Part shown: in pieces, positions 9,992 to 20,800 of the stretch
Layout: each line of letters begins with the position of its first letter
How positions within the stretch are numbered: the stretch's first letter is position 1
IMG/VR virus record: IMGVR_UViG_3300042484_002006
Length of the DNA stretch: 64,000 bases
DNA from: a virus
Direction: 5' to 3' (one strand)
Notes under the pieces: generated by a model
Database searches by the model: none
What the model was told of the DNA's origin: nothing
What the model saw: only the letters and a program-made list of their open reading frames with translations
Program-made: the position numbers and the translations under genes

Positions 9992-10020
9992 TTGAAAAAA
10001 AAGTAATTTTATGATATTAT
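9992..10020 (+). promoter_or_regulatory. Sigma70-type promoter TTGAAA-N17-TATTAT with extended -10 TG
   Basis: TTGAAA at 9992-9997, 17-nt spacer, TG at 10012-10013, TATTAT at 10015-10020. It lies in the 76-nt gap before the chaperone genes. Confidence 0.65.
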
Positions 10021-10051
10021 GTACTGATACATACTAAGGAGAAACATTAAT

Positions 10052-10600
10052 ATGGCAAATGAAAGAAAAGTAGTAATAGCAGATACCCCAGAGGATATCA
10101 AAAATTTAGGCTTTGATGAAGCAGTCACATTGGCGACAACTGATGACCCAGATGTCATGGATGTAAGAGCCCAAGAAGCAATCGAAGAATATGATCTTCA
10201 AATTGAAGCTGAAGAATCAAAAGATATTGAAGATCTGGCGGATGATGTAGAAATTTGGGACGGTGGCCCCAACGCTGGAATGATTAAAGAATGGAAGCAG
10301 TATTATGGAGATGTCTATGTAACATCCATCTCTTACGATAAGCACATTGTTTGGCGAGTACTAAATCGAAATGAATACAAGCAGATCGTCAAGAAAATGG
10401 AACAATTAGTTCAGGGTGGACAGCTCACGTCAGCTGAAGCTAACATGTGGAACGAAGAAGCTATCACTGAACTTTGCGTGCTTTATCCTAAATATGATAA
10501 AAAAACAGCACTTGGAGTCATGGCTGGTATGCCGTCTCTTATTGCTCAAGAAGTACTCGAAGCTTCAGGCTTTGTTGCCCTTGAGGTTAGACAACTCTAA
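10052..10600 (+). CDS. Tail assembly chaperone-like protein 1
   Basis: AAGGAG RBS, positioned between tube genes and tape measure. Motif IKEWKQYYGDVY...WRVLNRNEYKQI...LCVLYP...PSLIAQEVLEASGF. Confidence 0.65.
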   Translation: MANERKVVIADTPEDIKNLGFDEAVTLATTDDPDVMDVRAQEAIEEYDLQIEAEESKDIEDLADDVEIWDGGPNAGMIKEWKQYYGDVYVTSISYDKHIVWRVLNRNEYKQIVKKMEQLVQGGQLTSAEANMWNEEAITELCVLYPKYDKKTALGVMAGMPSLIAQEVLEASGFVALEVRQL

Positions 10601-10604
10601 TTAG

Positions 10605-11228
10605 ATGCTAGGTAGCCAATTAATTTTTGATCTTAAAAATAGATACGGTAATATCTATTCTGTTAATATTAAAAATAAAGATGTAGTTTTTAGAGAACTG
10701 ACATTTAAAGAATATAATCAAATTCTTTATTACAAAGATCTAGAAGACTTCTCTTCAGCAGATGTTGAAGATTTAGTTCTAGAATTCAGTATTGTTTATC
10801 CTGAAGATTTTGATATTGCTCGAATACCTCCTGGGAATGTTTCTTCTTTAGCCCAGGAGGTATTAGACATTTCTGGATTAACTTCTGCCAGATTAGCTAA
10901 AAGAATCCTTCAGGAAAAAAGAGAAGAAGCAACAGAAGTTAAGAATTTAATGAAAGCCTTTGTTCTCGCTACTATAAGTACATACAGCCCAGAGCAATTA
11001 GATGAAATGACTTTCTCTCAGTTAGCAGAAAGAGTTGCTCTAGCTGAAAAAATAATAGAAATTAAACAAGGCATTAATGGCATTGAATCTACTAATCTAA
11101 CTCTTCAATTAATAGATCCTGAAGAAGAATTAGAAAAGCAAAAGATGCATGCAGCAAGACACAATGCCTCCAAGATGCCAGGCGCATCTACATATGATGA
11201 TCCTATTGCTCAAAAGCTATGGGGATAA
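10605..11228 (+). CDS. Tail assembly chaperone-like protein 2 (paralogue of 10052..10600)
   Basis: LKNRYGNIY...VFRELTFKEYNQI...SIVYP...VSSLAQEVLDISG mirrors the upstream gene. Confidence 0.6.
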   Translation: MLGSQLIFDLKNRYGNIYSVNIKNKDVVFRELTFKEYNQILYYKDLEDFSSADVEDLVLEFSIVYPEDFDIARIPPGNVSSLAQEVLDISGLTSARLAKRILQEKREEATEVKNLMKAFVLATISTYSPEQLDEMTFSQLAERVALAEKIIEIKQGINGIESTNLTLQLIDPEEELEKQKMHAARHNASKMPGASTYDDPIAQKLWG

Positions 11229-11245
11229 TAATCTAAGGAGTTAGA

Positions 11246-14200
11246 TTGATACGCGATCCAGGACCAATACAAAACTTAGGGTATGGCGTAACATCTAGAG
11301 ACTTGCCCGCTACTGAGGGCGAATCTGATGGCGTAGCGCCAAACTCAGGTATGGTAAGCCGTGCCTTAAATGGGCACCCCATTACAAGGTTCTTGGCCTC
11401 AACTGCATCTGTCATGGTTGCCGCAGGAGTCGCATCTAAGTTAACTAAAAAGGGTGGACTAAAGCTAGGAAAATTCCTACAAAAATCTGCTGACTCAGGC
11501 AATGGGGTTTCAACAAGAGTAGTGCAAAGCGCTCTTCAAATTCGCCGTCAATTAGACGAGCTACAAGGCGTCAGCAGGTATGTCGACAGTGGCGAAGATT
11601 TATACAGTAAATTAGTTGCGTATGATAATTCTGGAAAATTAACTACAGGTTATCATGGAATGGTCAGTGAAAGAGCTGGGTATCAATATCTAACCAAAGA
11701 AGAAAAGAACCTCGCAGGATCTGGATTCCTGACTGAACCTACAGCAGTTTGGTCCTATAAAGACCAACTACAGCAAAGGTTAGTTAGAGCTGGACGCAGA
11801 ATGCCGTATGAATTGCCAGCAATGTACGGCGCAGAAAAAGCAATTGTTGATCCACTTTTCGGTAATCGTGAAGAAGGACAAAGAAAAATAAAATGGTATA
11901 ATCCAGCAGACGTAATTACTGATTTTACTAAATCGTCCTTGACAATGATGGCGACAATGATTGCTCCATTCGAAGCTCTTGGAGCTGCAGCAGGAGCTGG
12001 TAAAAGTTCATTAAATAATCTTCGTTATTCAATGAATGATATGCGAAATCTAACTCCATTTAATAAAAAAGTACGCAAAGGGTTTGTTGATATAACAGAA
12101 ACTTTAGCAGATGTTGGTCACGACTTCGCTACACTAACTAATAAGTTTTTAAGAACTTCAGCGCAGACTTCTGGCGGACTAAGCGTTGCCACAAAAGCTT
12201 ATACGGAAAATCAACAAGGATTTGTACAAAATCTTCACAGCTTAAGACATGGCGTTAAAGCAGCACGCGATCAACAAATTGCCCAAGGAGCATCTAAGGA
12301 AGCTATTAGAAAAGCTGGCTCAGGTGCTTTCCTTAAGGGATTTACGGATTCATCTGGAAATACTTCATCTGGAATTACAGAACTTCCTCCAGTTTTTAGG
12401 GGCCTAAGAAAGGCTTTTGTTGCCGGTAAAGATGAATACAAAATTCTCGGCAAGGGATATGATGCCCTAGAGAATTCAATTGCACACTCCAGAGTATTGA
12501 AGGCAATGGGAGGTACCCCCGAACATGCACAAACGCTACAAAACGCAATGCAAAGAATTCAATCGCAACACTCCAGTAGATTATCTAGTTTTGCCACTGG
12601 TGTTAGGGTCATGGGAGGCGGAGGTCCAGGAGACTCAGCGGTTACTAGATCTGCATTTGGTTATGGCCATCAACACGACGCATTTAAGGATCTATTAGAA
12701 AATCAATTAATTTCACGAGGCTTAGAAGGAAAACAAGCTAAGCAATTTACCGACTATCTCAAAGTATCATTGCCTAAGCAGAATATGCACAGCACCAATA
12801 TAATAACTATTGGTAAAACTAAGATATATGAAGATGGTGCGGACGCAGTAGATCTAAGCGATGACTTTTTTGCAAAAATAATTAAAAGATATCGTGGAAT
12901 TTCTGGTGGAAAAAGTTTTGATGATGTAATTAAACCTGATGCACTTAGAGCTTCAGTCGAAGACGCAAGAGATATCTTTGCATCAAAAGAATTTCAAAAA
13001 GGTTTAAATAATAAAATACAAAAGAATTGGAATAAATTCTATAGAGATGATTTAACCACCGTTGGTGGCGGAATGCTCAAGCCGATGAAGGCTTCCTACA
13101 ATGATTTTATTGGCCCACAAACAGCAGCTAAAACGGAATTCCTACAAAGAAAAACAGCTCAGACTCTAGGTATCAAATTAACAGACGATGCCGGAAGGCA
13201 AGTATCTAATGACGTTATTGCCGGAGGCTTAAGAAATCGTGGTTTTGACCCCAATGCGTTTACTGATCTAAGAGCATTTTTAATTAAGAATCGTCAAATG
13301 TCTTCTGGTGTTATTGGCGGAGGATACAACTTATTTGGAATGAAGTCCCTAACAATTGACGAGGCTCGTCAGTCTGGGCGCTTCACGCACATGAGGCCAG
13401 ATGAACAAAAAATAATTCATGACTTAGCTTCACGAATGGCCATTAATGATCCAGTTTCTAAATCAATTGGATTCAGTAAACTTGATGGAGTATATCAATC
13501 TAGATCAGGTCAAATATTAGATTTTACATCAGTTAAATCTACGTTCACTAAAACGGCAAACTTTTTTGCTTCAGAATTTAAAATTCCTATATTAGGTTTT
13601 AATCCAGCTGACTTATTTGGTTATAGATCATTCTCAGAAATGGCCAACAGATCCCCATTGCAGTATGTTTCTTCTAGAACCGTACAGCCATTTATGCCCG
13701 AAGGAGCTCAGAGCAAAGCAGACTTCCATATGTGGTTTAAGACCAAGGGCACTAAGGGTAAATTGATGTCTTTTAGGACGGACAATCTGTCTGACGCAGT
13801 CCATAGTACAGTGATGAATGGTACATATAGAGCACTTCCAACTAACACTACAGACTTACTCACTAGACACACGCGCTACGCATCAAATATGCAGGGCGAA
13901 ACAATTAATGAGATCAGAGATTCAAGTGGTTCAAAATTCCTAGATAGAATTCTTGGCGGAGAAAGAGCAATACGTTTCAAGAGAAAAATGAGTATTGACT
14001 CTGAACAGCCAAACTCTTTATTTAGTTTAGCTTCTAGATTTAAAGGTCGTTCAAGTGATGTAAATAATCATGGAGTTATGTCTCGATTATTATCTGGGGA
14101 AGATGTCAAATATAATTCTGGTGGCAAAGAAAAAATAATAAAATTATCCGTAGGACAGAATAAAGAAATTGGTGTAGTAGATAATTTTGGAAATATAGTA

Positions 14201-17200
14201 GATGATTTTGCAGAAGCAGATATTCTAAGAGGATATCAATCCTTAAGAAAAGAAGCTTTCCAATATGGGACTCCAACTAAACTTATCAAAGAATTAGAAA
14301 CTAGCAGGCCAGATTTATTTACATTTGGTGGAAAAAAAGTTAGTGAAGCAGTTACTGAAGTTCAAGCTGTGCAATTTGCCGAAGAACTTTTAGCAGCACA
14401 AAAGTTAACATCTCAACAATTAAGAGCTCAGGGTATAGATCCGACTTTCTTGAGTTCCTCTGCATCAAGAATTAAGTACTTAATGCAAGAAACTAATCTA
14501 AATGCAATATCTCAAATGGCTGAAAAGTCTCCAACTATTACAACTAGATTAGATCAATTAAAAAATGAAATATTTAGATACGTTTCACAAACCAACCAAA
14601 TGCAACTTGGAGGCGGAAGTTCTGCAGACATATTTATTGAGATGCAAACTGCTATTAATAAAATGGTTAAAAGTGGAGCAATTAGTTCCTCAGAAAGAGT
14701 TGAAGCTCAAGCTGCAGCTCTATCGAGCATGTTTAATATCAGCGCATTTAAAACTTTTCAACACTCAGCGTCAAATATCCAGAATGCTCGCGCGGGCGCA
14801 GCAGAAATGTTCGGTCTTTCAACTCAAAATCCTAGTCTAAAAAATGTCTTTGATCCTTTTTCAAAGGCTGAAGTAAACCAAATTAGTAGTGGTATTCGTA
14901 AAAAATTCGCACCAGCACTTTCGCTAAGGCAAAGAGCTTTTGGAACTTCAGGCTATAAGGTTGATGATTTAGCTGTTGACCCATTAGGTTCTGGACAAAG
15001 TATCACAGTAGTGCCAACTTTCGGAACGGTGTTTGGCAGAGATCCAATGGGAGCCATTAAGAGCGCAATTGGCTTGACAACTTATTCAGATCCACAGAGT
15101 TTTTCTATGGGCAGCGTTCCTATCTCGCAAGGTGTAGAAAGATTAAATAGATATTTTGGCACTTTGGGTGGTCAATTAAACGTATCAGATTTTAAAGGTC
15201 CATTAGATCTTTTTGCTAGAGGAATGGTTGGCAAGCGAGTATTACCATTATATGCAACCGGTGTGACAGCTTTGACTATAGATCGAACGTTGGGTGGAGC
15301 CGTTAACGGTAAGGATGATAACGGAGAAAGAATTTATTCTCCACTAGTCCTTGGCCAAGTGGCTAAAGGAGCAGTTGAACTACAATCATTATCTGCAGGT
15401 ATAGCTCCTGGTGGAATGAGCTATGAAGAAAAGAAAGAGCAGTTAACCGAAGGTGAAGTTCCAATCAGGCAGGGTAGATGGTGGCCACTTGGAAATACCC
15501 CATTTAAGGGCGGAAAAATTCAGTATTACAGACCTTCTTGGTATCGTAAACTCCAAGCAGGAGCAATGTTTACCAGTGACACCTATGGAAGTCCAGCTGA
15601 AAAATTCTTATACTATAACGACATTTCACCACTAAGACCTTTTGACCCATATAGATTTGAACGTAAACACTATGAGGATAGGCCATATCCCGTTACTGGT
15701 GAATATTTCTCTGGTCCATTTGGTCCGCTCGTGCCCCTTGCTAATATGACAGTCGGAAAGCTCTTAAAGCCCCAAGTTCGAATGCATGAAAACGAAACTG
15801 CACAAGGTTTAGCAAACTACGTTAGGGCTGGACAATCAGGTGCCTACGACGCTTCTGCCTATGGGCAAACTCCAAGTTATGTCAATGGATTGGGCTTCAC
15901 TAGAGAAATGGGCGGAGGAGGCTCTGGAGGGGCCATAGGAGGCCTTGGAATGATGGGTGGAGGTGCACCTACCCCTGGATCTATCGGAGGCGCAGCAGCA
16001 GTTTCTGGAATGAACTCAATGCTAGCCAGTAGAGCAGGTAGCACGGGCGCTGCAGGATCAATGGTTAGGTCTTCACTAAAAGATATAAACTCTCAATACA
16101 GCGATTTGTCCTATGGTCCGCCCAGGGTGCCTGGTGTAATGGCTCCCAGAATAGTTGGAGCTGGAGCTCCGTTGGAGCCCAGTACTAGTTCTTTCCAGGC
16201 AGGTGAGCTTGGATTTAGAATGCAAGAAATGGCAGGTATCTACGGGTTTGCTTTTGCTAATGCAAGAAAGACATTGGGATTTGGGCAAGCAGATTATCAG
16301 CCACAAAGAAGTGTTTTACAATCAGCATCAAAAGCCTATGGAACTACTAGAGCATTCTGGGATCTTAACTTAGGAGGCTTGGGAGACGCTCCGTTAGGAA
16401 ATAAAGAAGGCGTAGGTAACTTTGAATTTTCTGAAATTGTTAGACGATTCATTCCAAAAGAAAGAACTAATGTTGATTATTTAAATCCAATAGAAAATAC
16501 TATGGGAAAGAAATATCCATTCCTTCCTGGGTCTGAATATTTTACAGACTTCACTAGAGGGGATCCATTTACAAAGGTTCAAGAAGGTGAATTAAGACTA
16601 CCCGGAGTTGGTTACGAAAGATTTAATAGACTTAACCCAGATTCAACTGGTCGATATGGAGCGTTGGATCAACTTAAAATATTGGGTGATGTTGCGCCTT
16701 ACTCACAACAATATAAAATATTAGATAAAAAAATTGACAGCATGAATTTAGGTCCAGCCGAAAGAAACCAAGTAGCTGATATTAGATCTCAAGTTCAAAG
16801 TATGACAACTAAAAATGAATTCACAGATTACAAATATAAAGGATCTTCTGCCGAAGAAATGGGGCAACATCCATTGAAGTTTGGCGCAGGAAGAATGGGA
16901 GAATATCTAGCTCACTCTGACAACTTTGTTGTGAGCAAGACAATAGGCAAGAGGACTGCTACTGAAGATTGGGAAAGAAAACATGTCTACGGCGCCACTT
17001 TCCCAGAATGGCAAAGACCATTTGAAAGTTATATTCAGCCAATGATTAATAAAGCCACACAAAGAGATCCAATAACGGCAGCAGCCGGACTTGGTGTAGC
17101 TGGAGCACTATTTGGAAGAACAGCTAAAGCTAAATTGTTTGGAACAGCAATTGGCGTAGCGACTGGATTAACTGCATCTGCATATGGGCAAACTTCAGAA

Positions 17201-17887
17201 TTAGTAACCGGTGAAAGATTCGTGCCAGCAAAAAGAAAGAAAGAATTAGCACTCGAAGAGTACTCTGATATTTTAAGCTACGTAAAAAGCAAAAGATTAG
17301 AAACTATGGCTAAAGCTTCTGGCGATGGAAAAGCAGCGATGCAATATAATATGGCTGCAAAAAGAACAATGTATGGAGCTGATCTTTATGGGAAAGATAT
17401 CGATACATTATCTTTAGCTATCCCTAAAAGAAAAAGAGAACACTTCAAAGCAATGATTAATGCCCCAGAAGAAGAAAGAGGTAAAATACTTTCTACTGCG
17501 GGACGACTTGAAAGAAGAATCTACGAAGCTTCTTGGGGGATGGATGTTGAGAAGAGACCAGATTTAGGAGAATATTTTACTCGTCATGAACTTCCAGATT
17601 TATCATGGGAAGGTTGGCATCCTAATACCAATATGGATCAAGTAAAGATTAAAATGGGACAATCAATGGGTCTAGAAATGTCGCAGATGGGTTACTATCC
17701 TCAACAGATCCGTGAAGCAAATTTAGCTAATCCAAGCTTTCCTCAATTTGGGAATGGTGGAGATAGACAAGATACTTTATATAAATTGCGCGGACTAATG
17801 AATGGTTCTGGATTTTCTGGAAGTGTTACTCCAGTTATGAATCCTTTTGGCTCACAGGGTATTGACGTTTCGGCAGGAGTTAGATAA
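11246..17887 (+). CDS. Tape-measure-like giant protein 1 (2213 aa)
   Basis: AAGGAG RBS plus TTG start, directly after the chaperones. Helical Gly/Ala/Lys/Arg-rich composition with hydrophobic glycine-rich segments near the C-terminus. Confidence 0.65.
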   Translation: MIRDPGPIQNLGYGVTSRDLPATEGESDGVAPNSGMVSRALNGHPITRFLASTASVMVAAGVASKLTKKGGLKLGKFLQKSADSGNGVSTRVVQSALQIRRQLDELQGVSRYVDSGEDLYSKLVAYDNSGKLTTGYHGMVSERAGYQYLTKEEKNLAGSGFLTEPTAVWSYKDQLQQRLVRAGRRMPYELPAMYGAEKAIVDPLFGNREEGQRKIKWYNPADVITDFTKSSLTMMATMIAPFEALGAAAGAGKSSLNNLRYSMNDMRNLTPFNKKVRKGFVDITETLADVGHDFATLTNKFLRTSAQTSGGLSVATKAYTENQQGFVQNLHSLRHGVKAARDQQIAQGASKEAIRKAGSGAFLKGFTDSSGNTSSGITELPPVFRGLRKAFVAGKDEYKILGKGYDALENSIAHSRVLKAMGGTPEHAQTLQNAMQRIQSQHSSRLSSFATGVRVMGGGGPGDSAVTRSAFGYGHQHDAFKDLLENQLISRGLEGKQAKQFTDYLKVSLPKQNMHSTNIITIGKTKIYEDGADAVDLSDDFFAKIIKRYRGISGGKSFDDVIKPDALRASVEDARDIFASKEFQKGLNNKIQKNWNKFYRDDLTTVGGGMLKPMKASYNDFIGPQTAAKTEFLQRKTAQTLGIKLTDDAGRQVSNDVIAGGLRNRGFDPNAFTDLRAFLIKNRQMSSGVIGGGYNLFGMKSLTIDEARQSGRFTHMRPDEQKIIHDLASRMAINDPVSKSIGFSKLDGVYQSRSGQILDFTSVKSTFTKTANFFASEFKIPILGFNPADLFGYRSFSEMANRSPLQYVSSRTVQPFMPEGAQSKADFHMWFKTKGTKGKLMSFRTDNLSDAVHSTVMNGTYRALPTNTTDLLTRHTRYASNMQGETINEIRDSSGSKFLDRILGGERAIRFKRKMSIDSEQPNSLFSLASRFKGRSSDVNNHGVMSRLLSGEDVKYNSGGKEKIIKLSVGQNKEIGVVDNFGNIVDDFAEADILRGYQSLRKEAFQYGTPTKLIKELETSRPDLFTFGGKKVSEAVTEVQAVQFAEELLAAQKLTSQQLRAQGIDPTFLSSSASRIKYLMQETNLNAISQMAEKSPTITTRLDQLKNEIFRYVSQTNQMQLGGGSSADIFIEMQTAINKMVKSGAISSSERVEAQAAALSSMFNISAFKTFQHSASNIQNARAGAAEMFGLSTQNPSLKNVFDPFSKAEVNQISSGIRKKFAPALSLRQRAFGTSGYKVDDLAVDPLGSGQSITVVPTFGTVFGRDPMGAIKSAIGLTTYSDPQSFSMGSVPISQGVERLNRYFGTLGGQLNVSDFKGPLDLFARGMVGKRVLPLYATGVTALTIDRTLGGAVNGKDDNGERIYSPLVLGQVAKGAVELQSLSAGIAPGGMSYEEKKEQLTEGEVPIRQGRWWPLGNTPFKGGKIQYYRPSWYRKLQAGAMFTSDTYGSPAEKFLYYNDISPLRPFDPYRFERKHYEDRPYPVTGEYFSGPFGPLVPLANMTVGKLLKPQVRMHENETAQGLANYVRAGQSGAYDASAYGQTPSYVNGLGFTREMGGGGSGGAIGGLGMMGGGAPTPGSIGGAAAVSGMNSMLASRAGSTGAAGSMVRSSLKDINSQYSDLSYGPPRVPGVMAPRIVGAGAPLEPSTSSFQAGELGFRMQEMAGIYGFAFANARKTLGFGQADYQPQRSVLQSASKAYGTTRAFWDLNLGGLGDAPLGNKEGVGNFEFSEIVRRFIPKERTNVDYLNPIENTMGKKYPFLPGSEYFTDFTRGDPFTKVQEGELRLPGVGYERFNRLNPDSTGRYGALDQLKILGDVAPYSQQYKILDKKIDSMNLGPAERNQVADIRSQVQSMTTKNEFTDYKYKGSSAEEMGQHPLKFGAGRMGEYLAHSDNFVVSKTIGKRTATEDWERKHVYGATFPEWQRPFESYIQPMINKATQRDPITAAAGLGVAGALFGRTAKAKLFGTAIGVATGLTASAYGQTSELVTGERFVPAKRKKELALEEYSDILSYVKSKRLETMAKASGDGKAAMQYNMAAKRTMYGADLYGKDIDTLSLAIPKRKREHFKAMINAPEEERGKILSTAGRLERRIYEASWGMDVEKRPDLGEYFTRHELPDLSWEGWHPNTNMDQVKIKMGQSMGLEMSQMGYYPQQIREANLANPSFPQFGNGGDRQDTLYKLRGLMNGSGFSGSVTPVMNPFGSQGIDVSAGVR

Positions 17888-20800
17888 TGGTAAATATTAA
17901 TGAGATGTATAAAACACTGCCACAAAGAATGGCGGCTGCTAGATCAGCATTAATGAGAACTACCTATGGAATGGGTGGTGTTATAAAAATAGAGCCAGAT
18001 GGCGATGAAATTAAATATGTATTAACCGCTACTGGTGAAAGTTTTAAAAATGTTGATAGAGCATTTAATGCAGCTGCTTCACTTCATGTTACACAGGTTA
18101 ACCCACTCCTAAAACCAAAACTAGGAAATAAAGTTAGTGGTATGGCTGAGATCATGGAGGATATCAGAGGAAAAGCAAGCAATTTTAATGCTGGCCAAAT
18201 TCAAATGTTACAAAATGCAGGTATTGACGTAAATGCGATAAAAGATATGCAGGTTGACCTCCTAACCATGCACGCTGATAAGGGAGGCGTAAAAGGAGTA
18301 GCCAGCAGAATCCAAACACTAAGAGACCGTGGAACTTTGCATGGTATTACGATAATGGATGATGAAGGCGCACGAATGTTGAATATGCGTGTAGGCCAAA
18401 AAATGCTAACGAGCTACCAATCAAACTTACTCCTTTCAATTACTGGTCACGACATGTTAGATCCAGAATTATTCTCAGCCATTATGGGCAAGGGCACTTC
18501 TCCATCAGAATCTTTAATTAAACAATTAATGAAAGTTGGAAAAAGATTCAGATCATTAGCATCTGAAAGAGAAGTCTCTTTAGCAGGAAATGATCTAGCT
18601 AGTTTTATTGGTGGAAAGCTGAAAGCAGAGGACTTTCATAAATCAATGTTAGTAGTAGATCCTCAATATGAGCTACTGCAGAAGATGGCTCACGGGAGCG
18701 CCTATGACTTTGGCGGAGGAAAAAAGGGAGCAGAATTAGCCGCCTATTACAAAAATGCAGAAGCTGAAGATTTTATTGGCAGCATAATGGGGAAACTATC
18801 TACTAACGAACAAGACGAATTAAAAAATGTAATTAAATCAGGTAATTTTACTTATGGGGGACGAGGAAAATTTGCTAGCGATCAATTAATGACACATTTA
18901 AAAGATAATTTTATTACAGTTAATGGTGTAGTTGATCAAAATCGAGAAAAAATTGTTAAAGAAATGTTTGATAATATCGAATATGCGTATGATGGTTCTG
19001 ATTTAATAAATTCAAAAAATATAGATGGCTATATTAAAAATATGCAAAAAAGAGCAAGTAGGATAAGAAAGCAAATCGACGATTCGCAGAAAGGTATTAG
19101 GCCACTGACAGCAGAAAAAATGGAAGAACTTGCTATGGAACTAAAAGATGTAAGTAACATCGAAAGACAAGTTTCTCGTGCTAAGAATACAGGTGGGCTG
19201 GAACAATTTACTGGTAGAGGTCACAGCGAAAAATATGGAGATATTAAAACAGCTTTCCAGTCAGTAGAATTTGATCCTAAATTAAATAAGTACTCAATGA
19301 TTGTTAGCAAGATGGGATTCAAAGGCGAACTTGGTCTAGCTGGTGAAAGTAACATACTTAACTTAAGCGGAATGGGAGCAGGGCGCGATTTAGTCTACGC
19401 TGACCCAGTATCAACAGCTTTTCATCCAGAAATTTTTGCTGATCCAGATACGATTAAGGCAATGGAAAAAAGATCTCAGGCTATCCTTCAAGAATTTGAA
19501 GGAGCCATTAAGAGCGGAACGGTTCCTAAGCGAGTAAGAGCAATGTTGGAACAGGCAGCAGAACGTGACATAAGTCATCTGCCCTCGTATGCTCGTGGAT
19601 CAGCACAGAGAAATAGGGAATTTGCAAAAGCTATTACGGATATGATAAATAGAGGAATTAGCCCTAATCAAAATCCAACTATGATGAATATGATGCATAC
19701 GTTCTTTGCAACAGAGGCATTCCGAGAAAAAGGCAATTTTGTTCAAGCTGTTCTTCCTGATACTTATCGCTTTGCTATTGATAGTGAAGCAGTCCTCATG
19801 GGAACTAAAAAAGGAAAAATGCTACTCAACAAGGGTAGAGGTTACGAAAAGATATCTATGTCTGGCCTAAATGCCGCACAAGAAGCAGCATTAGCAAGTC
19901 AAGACATTCTAAAGTTCAGAGTAAGTGGACATAAGATGATGTTGTCAGCGGATGCTATTGGTCAGTTTAGGCACGCCCTTGGTGGATTTGACTTAGACGA
20001 CAAGGCACTACCTAAGCTTTTGACATATGAACAAAAAATAGCAGATGGTCAAGGTGGATTTAGAACAGTAAATAGATTAGGATTTAATATTTTCAGACAA
20101 CCATCTGGTCCTGAAGAATTAATTTTTGCTCGCATGAATATGGATCAAGAAACTATTAGAGGATTATTTGGTGGAGGAGATGATGTCTTTGCAGTAAAAC
20201 ATTTTAGGGACGCACTAGATCATCTGCAATCTACGACTACTCCCAAAGACGAATTGCATAAGACCTATTCTAATCTACAAAATATTTTAGATAAAAAACA
20301 TTTAAAATTAGATAAATCAGGCAATGTCATAAAAGATAAATACGGCAAAGCAATGGAAGCCGAATTATCTCCAAAATACTTTCAAGAATATGAACAAGCA
20401 ATTTATAATGTTTTTGAAAGATTAGAGGCTGATGGAGTGACCCAACTCCAAAGAATGTCACCAGAAATGGCTGCCAAAATCGCTCAGTATGGATCTTCTT
20501 CATTGAAAACATCTGAGTTAGCGTTTGAGCCTAGATATACTAGAGAAGGAGTATTTAAAGCATTTACTAAAGAAGGTGCTTTTGATATGAGTGAAGAATT
20601 ATTATCTACAATGCGAGCTAATAATGTTGACCAGGCGACAATTAATAAATTATCAAGAGCAAAAAACTTTGACGAAATGCTCAACCTAATGCAAGCAGAT
20701 TATAAAAGTAATCCAGCAGTACGAGCAGCATTTGCAAGCTCAATCGAAGAACTTGGCATAAAAAAGAGCATTGAAGGTGCAGATATTCTTGGTCTATATG

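Noticed and set aside
10416-10604. Programmed frameshift fusing chaperone 1 to chaperone 2
   Set aside because: It would need a +1 shift and read-through of TAG 10602-10604. No slippery site was recognised, and gene 2 already contains its own copy of the chaperone core.
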